A stretch of DNA of 64,000 nt from Somniosus microcephalus. Lineage: Eukaryota. Positions 55,301 through 64,000 of this stretch are shown piece after piece (the first letter of the stretch is position 1; each line of letters opens with the position of its first letter). The notes below the pieces were generated by a model. The model was not told where the DNA came from. It worked only from the letters and a program-made list of their open reading frames with translations, and made no database searches. The DNA is taken from positions 26,164,001-26,228,000 of the forward strand of contig JBMRGM010000036.1 of the NCBI GenBank assembly GCA_052327205.1, written 5' to 3'. The translations under genes and the position numbers were made by a program.

Positions 55301-58300
55301 AAAAATATCTCCATTCATTCACATCTTTAGTCATTCCACTGTGGATCTATCGAACATTCATTAATTCTAACAGCATTTCAACCAATTCTCCAACTATCAC
55401 TTCCTCCATTAAATTAACTCCACATCCATTCATTCACACCTCCATCCATTCACCCCATTCTCTGTCCAAAACTCTCATTCATCCATTCACTGATCCGATA
55501 TGCCATCCAACGTTAACAACATTCATTATTCTCTCCATAAATATAACCGCCTCTACGTCGAACATTGTCTCCAAATATCATTCAATCCATCCACTATACT
55601 TCTAATCATCCAATTATTTCTACAATCGTACATTGATCCAACCATTTATGCATCCTTTGAACCTCTCATCCATCTAACACCTCTTCTAATCAATAATCCA
55701 TCATTCATCTGTGCATCACCTCAACCAATCAGCTATCCGTTTAACAACTCCCCATCCAGCTGTCCTTCCAAACACCAATCTATAAACACAGAAATCTGCC
55801 CATACCGTACTCCCTTCAATCCTCCATCCATTCATTGAAACACATATCCATCTATGAATCTGTTCTTCCAAACATCCAACCATTCATCAATCCAACAGTC
55901 TTCTATCCCACCCATTGTCCAAACAAACCACAATTCATGCATTCGAACAATTATCCAATCAACTCTCCATCCATTCATTTAAACCATCCATTCATCTAAA
56001 GGTCACTCCATACATTCATCCCTTTATCAATTCAACTAGCTGTCCATCCCACAATTTGGAACAATCATCCACCCATTCAACCAGCTATCCATCCAACTCT
56101 CCCTCATTTCATTCATCTTCCACTCATTCAAAAACCCTCTCATTCAACTTTCACTCCATTCAGTCATCCCGCTATCAGCTAAACTGCCTGTTCATACAAC
56201 AGTGCCTTTGATGAACCATTCTTCCACTCACCACGCCCTGATTTCATTCATCCCTCAAACCATTCAAACATTTCTCTATCATCTCCCTTCATTCATCCCA
56301 TTATCATTCAACCAGCTGAGTTTCCACAATCCCTCTGATCAATCTCCCATGCACTCAAAAAACTCTCTAGCCAACACGCTCTATTCATTCATCTTTCAAT
56401 CTACAGCTCATCCATCCAGCACGCCCTGTACTCGATCATCCATCCATAAATACAACCACTCCAACATCCCTCCAATCATCAATCAATCCATCCTCTTTAC
56501 TTCCAATCAGACAATACTCTCTACAATCATTCATTCATTCATTCGTTCATCCGATCATCTAACCATCCAACACGCTTTCTATCCAAAACAACATCCTTGC
56601 ATTCAACCAATTCTCGATCCAACACTCTCTCCCTTCCTTCAGCTATGCAATCATTCAATCAGCCATTCATCAGACTCTCCCTCCATTCATTCAGCTCTTT
56701 ATCAATTCCACTAGCAGCCTTTCAAGATTTAGCCCTGTCCAACTATCCATCCACCCAAACACCATACATCCCACACACTCTCCATTCAAACAGCATCGAT
56801 CAAACACTCTTTCCATTCATATGCTTCTCCATCCACGCAAACATGCATCTATCCAACACGCTGTCCATTCATTCACTTCCCCATTCACTCAACCACTCTA
56901 CTTTTCAACACTCCCTTCATTCATTCATTCTTCAATCACCAACACTCTCTCAAATAATTTTCCTCTTTATTCACTGAAACAATTCTCCATCCAACATTAC
57001 ATCCATTCATTCTTCCCTCTATAAATTTAACCATCTCTCTATCGAACACTTCCTCCAAACATCAAATATGCCATCTATTGAACAATCCATTCATCCAAAA
57101 TTGACTCCAACAATCAATCAATCCATCCACTGTAATTTCAAACATTCAATACTTTCTACAATCACTCATCCATCCATCCAATCACCTATACATCCAACAC
57201 GCTCTCCATCCAACACCACTTCCTGCCATTGAACCGATTCTCCATCCAGCACCCTATTGCACTCATGCAATCACCCATCCATCAAACTTTCCGACCATTC
57301 ATTCACCCTTTTACAAATTCAACTCCTCTCCATAGAAAAATTCTTCTGACATAATATACTTCCGCTCATTCACCCATTCATCCAAATTTTCTCTCAATTA
57401 CTTCATCTGTCCATTCTTTGTACCACCTATCCATCCAAAAATCTCTCCATTAATTCACATCTTCAGTCATTCCACTGCAGATCTATCCAACACTCCCTCC
57501 ATTCATTAATTCTACCAGCCTTTCAACCAATTTTCCATCTTTCACTTCCTCCATTAATTTAACTCCCCATCCATTCATTCACCCCTCCATCCATACAACA
57601 CATTCTGTGTATAAAAATCGCATTCATCCATTCACTGAACCGGTATTCCATCCAACATTAACAACATTCATCCTTCCCTCCATAAACGTTGAACATTGTC
57701 TCCAAATATCATTCAATCCATCCACTGTACTTCCAATCATCCAATTCTCTCTACAATCATTCATTGATCCAATCATTTATGAATCCTTTCAACCTCTCAT
57801 CCATCTAACAACTCTTCTATTCAATAATCCGTCATTCATCTACGCATTACCTCAACCAATCATCTATCAGGTTAACAACTCCCCATCCAGCTCTCCTTCC
57901 AAATATCGATCTATAAACACAGAAACCTGTCCATCCCGTACTCCCTTAAATCATCCATATATTCATTGAAACAAATATCCATCTATGAATCTGTTCTTCC
58001 AAACATCCAACCACCCATTAATCCAACAGACTTCTATCCCACACACCCTGCAAACAAACCACAATTCATGCATTCGAACAACTATCCAATCAACTCTCCA
58101 CCCATTAATTGAAACCACCGATCCATCTAAATTTCCCTCCATTCAGATATCCCTTTATCAATTCAACTAGCTGTCCATCCCACAATTTGGACCAATCGTC
58201 CATCCATTCAAGTACCTAGCCATCCAAATCTCCCTCATTGCATTCATCTTCCACTCATTCAAAAACCTAATCATGCAGCTTTCACTCTATTCAGTCATCC

Positions 58301-61300
58301 CTTTTTCAGCTAAACTGGCTGTTAATACCACAATCCCATTAATCAACAATTCTTCCACTCAACAATACCTGTATTCATTTATCCCTCGATCCATTCAACC
58401 AGTTCTCCATCATTTCTCTTCATTCACCCCCTTCATCAACTTCCTGACCTTCCACATTCGCTTTGATTAACCACCCATCCACTCCAACAACTCTCTGGCC
58501 AACACGCTCAATTAATTCTTCTCTCAATCCAAAGCTCATCCATCCAGCACACCCTGTACTCTTTCATCCATCCATGAATACAAACACGTCTGAATCCGAC
58601 ATTGCCTCTAATCATCAATCAATTAATCCACTGTACTTCGTTAATGCAATGTTCTACAATCTTTCATTAATCCCTCCATCCAATCACCTACCCAAACAAC
58701 ACGTTCTCAATCCAAAACAAAACCTTGCCTTCAACCAATTATCGATGCAAAACTCTCTCCATTCGTTCACATTTGCATTCATTCAATCAACTATCCATCC
58801 GACTGTCCCTCCATTCATTCAGCTTATTATCAATTCCACTACATGCCCTTCCAAATTTACCCATGTCCAACAATCCATCCGCCCAAACAACATTCATCCC
58901 ACACACTCTCCATTCAATACACCATTCATCAAGCACTCTGTCCATTCATTCACCTCCCCATTCATTCAAAAACACATATTTCCAACACTCCAACCATTAA
59001 TTCATTCTTCAATCCCCAACATTTTCTCCATTCAGTTACCGCTTCAAGCACTGAAGCAAATCTCCATCCATTCATTATTCACTCTATAAACTTAACCATC
59101 TCTCCATCGAAAAGTCCCTCCAAACATCAATCAATCCATCTATTGAACAATCCATTCATCCAACATTAACTCCAATCATCCATCAATACATCAACTGTAC
59201 CTTCAATCATTCAATAGTTCCTATAATCATTCATCCATTCATCCATCCAAACACCTGCACATCCAACACGCTCTCCATCCAACTCCACATCCTTCCATGC
59301 AATCAATTCTCATTCCTTCAAACACACATCCATTAAACTTCCGCACCATTCATTCACCCCTTTAATAATTCTACTACCACTCCATCGAAAAAACCTTCTG
59401 ACATAATATCCTTCCACACACTCACCCATTAATCCAAATGTTCTATCAATTACTTCACCTTTCATTTCATTCAAAGACCTATCCATCCAACAATCTCTCC
59501 ATTCATTCACATACCCATTCATTCTACTGCAGATCTATCCAACACTCCCTCCAATAATTAACTCTACCAGCCTTTCAATCAATTCTCCATCCATCACTCC
59601 CTCCATTAATTTACCTCCCCATCCATTCATTCATCCCTCCATCCATTCAAGGCATTCTGTGTCCAAAACTCTCATCCACCCATTCACTGAACAGATATTC
59701 TATCCCACATTAACACCATTCGTTCTTCCCTCCATAAATACAACATCTCCATCCAACATTGTATCCAAACCTCAATCAATCCATGCACTAAACTTCAAGT
59801 CATCCAATACTCTCTACAGTCATTCATTCATCCATCCTTTTATGCATTCATTCAAGCTCTCAGCCATCTAACAATTCTTCAATTCAATAATCCATCATTC
59901 ATCTAACCATCACCTCAAACAATCATCTATCCGTTCAACAACTCCCCATCCAGTTCACCTTCCAAATATCGATTTATAATCTCAGAAACCTGCCCATCCC
60001 GTACTCCCTTCAATCATCCATCCATCCACTGAAACAAATATACATCTATCCATCAGTTCCTGGAAACATCCAACCATGCATCAATCCAACAGCCTTCTCT
60101 CCCACCCACCCTCCAAAGAAACCACAATACATCCATTCGCACAAATATCCATTCAACTCTTTGTCCATTCATTCAAAGCACCCATCCATCTAAAGTTCCC
60201 TCCATTCATTCACCCTTGAGCAATTCAACTGTCTGTTATTCCCACAAATGGGAACATTCATCCATCCATTCAACCGACTATTCATCTAACTCTCCCTGCA
60301 TTCATTCATCTACCCCTCATTAAACAACCCACTCATGCAACTTTCACGCCATTCAGTCATCCCTCTAATAGCTAAACTGCCCTTTCATACAACAGGCCCT
60401 TCGATCAACCATTCTTACACTCAACATGCCCTCTATTCATTCTTCCCTCGATCTACTCATTCACTTCTCCATCCTTTCCCTTCATTCATTCTTTTTTCGT
60501 TCAACTACCTGAGCTTCCACATTCCCTCTTATGAATCATCCATCCACTCAAACAACTCTCTAGCCAACACGCATTATTCATTCTTCTCTCAATCCACAGG
60601 TCACCCAACCAACACACCCTGCACTCTTTCATCCATTTTCCAACCACTTCTGAATCCAACATTCTCTCCACTCATCAATCATTCCATCTTTGGAAGCATC
60701 CACTCATCTAACATTGACTCCAATCATCAATCAATCCATCCTCTGTACTTCCAATCATGCAATACTCTCTACAATCATTCATTCATCCATCCATTCAATC
60801 ACCTACCCATCCAACATTCTCTCGATCCAACAGTACATCCTACCATTCAACCAAATTTCGAACCAGCGCTCTCTCTATTCCTTCAGCTTTGCATTCCTTC
60901 AATCAGCATTCATCAGACTGTCCCTCCATTCACTCAACTCTTTATCAATTCCACTAGCAGCCCTTCCAACCTTACCCCGTCCAACTATCCATCCACCCAA
61001 ACACCATCCATCCCGCACACTCTCCATTCAAAACGGCATCCATCAAAAACACCCTCCATTCATTCACTTCTCCACCCACACAATCTTGCATCTGTCCAAC
61101 ATGCTCTCCATTCATTCATCTCCCCATTCATTCAAACACACCTCTTTCCAACACCCTATCCATTCATTCATTCTTCAATCACCAACATTCTATCCATTAA
61201 TTTACCTCCTTGTTCACTGAAACAATTCTCCATCCATTATTACATCCATTAATTCATCCCTCTATCAAATTAACCATCTCTCTAACGAACATTTCCTCCA

Positions 61301-62420
61301 AACATCAATCAATCCAACTATTGATCCATCCAGTCATCCAACATTCACTCCAATCATCAATCAGTCCATCCACTGTACTTTCAATCATTCAGTACTTCCT
61401 ACAATCATTCATCCATCCAATCATCTGCACATCCAGCACACTCTCCATCCAACACCACATCCTTCCATTCAACCAAATCTCCATCCAGCACCGTATTCAT
61501 CCCTGCACCTTTCCTCCATCAAACTTTCCGACCATTAATTATTCCTTTTACAAATTCAACCACCTCTCCATCGAAAAATCCTTCTGACATAACAATCATC
61601 CGCTCAATTACACTTTAATCCAAATGTGCTCTCAATTACTTCAACTATCCATTCATTCTACCACCTATCCATCCAACAATCTCTCCATTCATTCACATCT
61701 TCAATCATTCCACTGCGGATCTAACCAAAACTCCCTCCATTCATTAATTCTACCAGCCACTCATCCAATTCTCCATCTATCACTTCCTCCATTAATTTAA
61801 CTCCCCATCCACTCATTCACCCCTCCATCCATTCAACACATTCTGTGTCTAAAACTCTCATTCATCCATTCACTGATCCGATATTCCATCCAACATGAAC
61901 AACATTCATTCTTCCCTCCATAAATACAACTGCCTCTACGTCAAACATTGTCTCCAAATATAATTCAATCCATCCACTATACTTCCAATCATCCAATTCT
62001 CTCTGCAATCATTTATTGATCCAATCATTTATGCAACCTTTCAACCTCTCATCCATCTAACACCTCTTCTATTCAATAATCCATCATTCATCTATGCATC
62101 TCCTCAACCAGTCATCAATTCGTTCAACAACTCCCCATCCAGCTCTACTTCCAAACATTGATCTATAAACTCAAAAACCTGTCCATCCCATACTCCCTTA
62201 AATCGTCCATACATTCATTGAAACAAATATCCATCCATGAATCTGTTCCTGCAAACTTCCAACCACCTATCAATCCAACAGTCTTCTATCCCACCCAAAC
62301 TACAAACAAACCACAATTCATGCATTCGAACAGTTATTCAATCAACATTCCAGCCATTCATTTAAACAACCCATCGATCTAAATTTCCCTCCATTCATTC
62401 ATCCCTTTATCAATTCAACA
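40300..62420. repeat. Satellite-like array, domain 2: ~11.5-kb higher-order tandem duplication of 1.6-2.2 kb units
   Basis: Landmark 'ca(t/c)gcaac(t/a)ttcactccattc' at 40931, 42500, 44651, 46637, 48699, 50806, then 52385, 53992, 56141, 58272, 60334. ORF-track pairs are offset 11.5-11.65 kb (42501/53993, 43630/55128, 44010/55500, 46816/58463). Confidence 0.92.
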
Positions 62421-62740
62421 TGATACCTATCAATTCGCCCAATGAAAAGCGACGAGTTAAGAAAGTAACTATAGGTTTTCATTGACTAAATAACAGAGCC
62501 CACCCTCGTGGGTGATCGGATCCAAGAAGGAGGAATACCAGCCAGTCGACCACCTTTATACCTGGGCAGGTAGGTGGAGCCAGGGGTGGAGTCGGCAGTG
62601 GTCAGCCCAGGTATAGCAGCATGACAAGAGGCGACCTCGTACAGTGATACAACAATGTGAACAGTGATAACTATAGGGAAACGATCTAACAGTGATAACT
62701 ATAGTGTAACGATAGTGAATGGTAAAAGTGGTTTACCACA
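62421..62740 (-). repeat. Putative 3' LTR (~320 bp)
   Basis: Minus strand reads TGTGGTAAACC...GATAGGTATCA, preceded by PPT-like AAACAAAGGGTGCA (62741-62754); TATAAA on minus near 62555-62560; internal repeat aacagtgataactatag twice (~62660, ~62688). The partner LTR is not in the window. Confidence 0.72.
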
Positions 62741-62799
62741 TGCACCCTTTGTTTAGATTTGAGTCCGGCGGGGTGAAGTGTACTACCAGTTCTGGTATG

Positions 62800-64000
62800 T
62801 CAGACTGTCCGGAGGCCTCGTAATCCTGTCTGATCGTTGCAGCGGCGGTGTTGCGTTCTCCGGTGTTAATGCTGGCATCTGCGAGGTAGGCGAAGGCTCT
62901 TGGGGTTCCGGCGTACCGTCTACCTGGGCTGGAATTGGGGGGGTGGAGGGGGGTTAAAGGTGGTGTCTCCGGGGTGCCCGAGGGTGCGAGGTCTCGTAAG
63001 GAGACTGTGTCTTCCCGCCCGTCTGGTTATGCCACGTAGGCATACTGGGGGTTGGTGTGCAGGAGGTTCACCCTCTCGACCAGGGGGTCCGTTTTATGGG
63101 CCCTCACGTGCTTTCGCAGCAAGACAGGCCCCGGAGAGGTCTGCCAGGTTGGTAGCGTGGTTCCCGTAGTTGACTTCCTGGGGAAAACAAACATTCGTTC
63201 ATGGGGGGTGGCGTTAATGGCAGTGCAAAGTAGTGACCGGGTGGAATGCAGTGCCGCCGGGAGGACCTCCTGCCAGCGAGAGGTTGGGAGGCCCTTAGAC
63301 TTTAAGGCTAAGAGGACGGCCTTCCATACCGTCGCGTTCTCTCTTTCCACCTGGCCGTTCGCTCGGGGTTGTAGCTGGTGGTCCTGCTATTGGCGATGCC
63401 TCTCGCTAGTAGGAACTGATGGAGTTCCTCGCTCATGAAGGAGGCGCCCCGGTCACTATGTATATAGTTTGGGAACCCGAACAAGGCAAAGAGGTCGTTC
63501 AGGCATTTAATGACCGTGGTACTGGTCATGTCTGGGCAGGGGAAGGCAAAGGGGAAACGGGAGTACTCATCAACAATGTTGAGGAAGTACACATTACGGT
63601 CAGAGGACGGGAGGGGCCCCATAAAATCGATGCTCAAGCGCTCGAAGGGGCGGGTGGCCTTGATCAGGCTTGCCCTGTCCGGCCTAAAGAAGTGCGGTTT
63701 GCACTCGGCACAGGTCTGGCAGTTCCTGGTCATGGTCCTGACCTCCTCGATGGAGTAGGTCAGGTTGCGGGCCTTAATGAAGTGTTAAAGCCTGGTGACC
63801 CCGGGGTGGCAGAGGTCGTTGTGGAGGGTCTGAAGTCTATCAATTTGCGCGTTGGCGCATGTAATTCGCGATAGAGCGTCAGGGGGTTCGTTCAGCTTAC
63901 CAGGCCGGTACAAGATATCATAATCGTAGGTGGATAGCTCGATTCTCCACCTCAAGATCTTGTCGTTCTTGATTTTACCCCTCAGCTTGTTATTAAACAT
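62800..64000 (-). pseudogene. pol: Gypsy pol C-terminus (RNase H end plus integrase), disrupted
   Basis: HNDLCHPG...CQTCAEC zinc domain; DDE core SIDFMGP, HSDRGASF, then VERENAT after a frameshift near 63365; in-frame TAA stops at 63785 and 63027; Pro-rich tail. Confidence 0.92.

Larger units (their letters stand above)
62421..64000 (-). mobile_element. 3' portion of a second, unrelated Ty3/Gypsy LTR retrotransposon (continues beyond the window)
   Basis: The minus strand encodes the RNase H end (KILRWRIELSTYDYDILYRPGKLNEPPDALSR), then integrase, a purine-rich tract and a TG...CA LTR-like segment abutting the satellite. Confidence 0.92.

Noticed and set aside
14409-59522. Minus-strand Trp/Met/Gly-rich ORFs, or coding with TGA reassigned
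   Set aside because: They are short translations of GGATGGATGAAT repeats. TAA and TAG stops and frame-breaking indels between paralogs remain, and the embedded TEs use the standard code.
678-62382. Dozens of plus-strand Ser/Pro/His/Ile-rich ORFs (up to 305 aa) suggesting a mucin-like or His-rich gene family
   Set aside because: G-poor DNA rarely forms TAG or TGA, so ORFs arise in all three frames and overlap. Many start at TTG/GTG, paralogous copies do not keep frame or stops, and no domain or exon structure is visible.
1-62420. CRISPR-like array, or a retron/DGR-type system pairing repeats with the nearby reverse transcriptases
   Set aside because: There are no identical short repeats with unique spacers and no cas or accessory genes. 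The RTs are ordinary Gypsy and CR1 enzymes inside elements with their own insertion hallmarks, and the context is eukaryotic.
1-62420. Telomeric or interstitial telomeric repeat origin of the C-rich strand
   Set aside because: CCCTAA occurs only sporadically and never in tandem; the underlying period is tetrameric.

Overview
This is vertebrate repetitive DNA with no host gene that I can support. The CR1 LINE 3' tails suggest a cartilaginous fish (inference). Most of the window (~85%) is a complex, G-poor, single-orientation satellite-like array built on degenerate CATC/CATT/CAAT tetramers. It is hierarchical: tetramer background, then a ~1 kb ancestral module, then 2-3.7 kb units, then two higher-order repeat domains (~14 kb duplication in 1-33 kb; ~11.5 kb six-unit duplication in 40-62 kb) separated by a more diverged zone. 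Six transposons sit in the array: a minus-strand CR1/L2-group LINE 3' fragment (1738-2346); a full-length but decayed Ty3/Gypsy element (21802-27593; 214-bp LTRs, CCTGC target duplication, tRNA-Ser-type PBS); a ~700-bp GC-rich MITE nested in that element's gag; a young 5'-truncated CR1 LINE (30044-32215) with a reiterated 3' tail; a short older CR1 3' fragment (36906-37329); and the 3' end of a second Gypsy element on the minus strand (62421-64000). The many Ser/Pro/His/Ile-rich plus-strand ORFs are compositional artefacts. I found no convincing novel protein-coding system; the most unusual object is the array itself.
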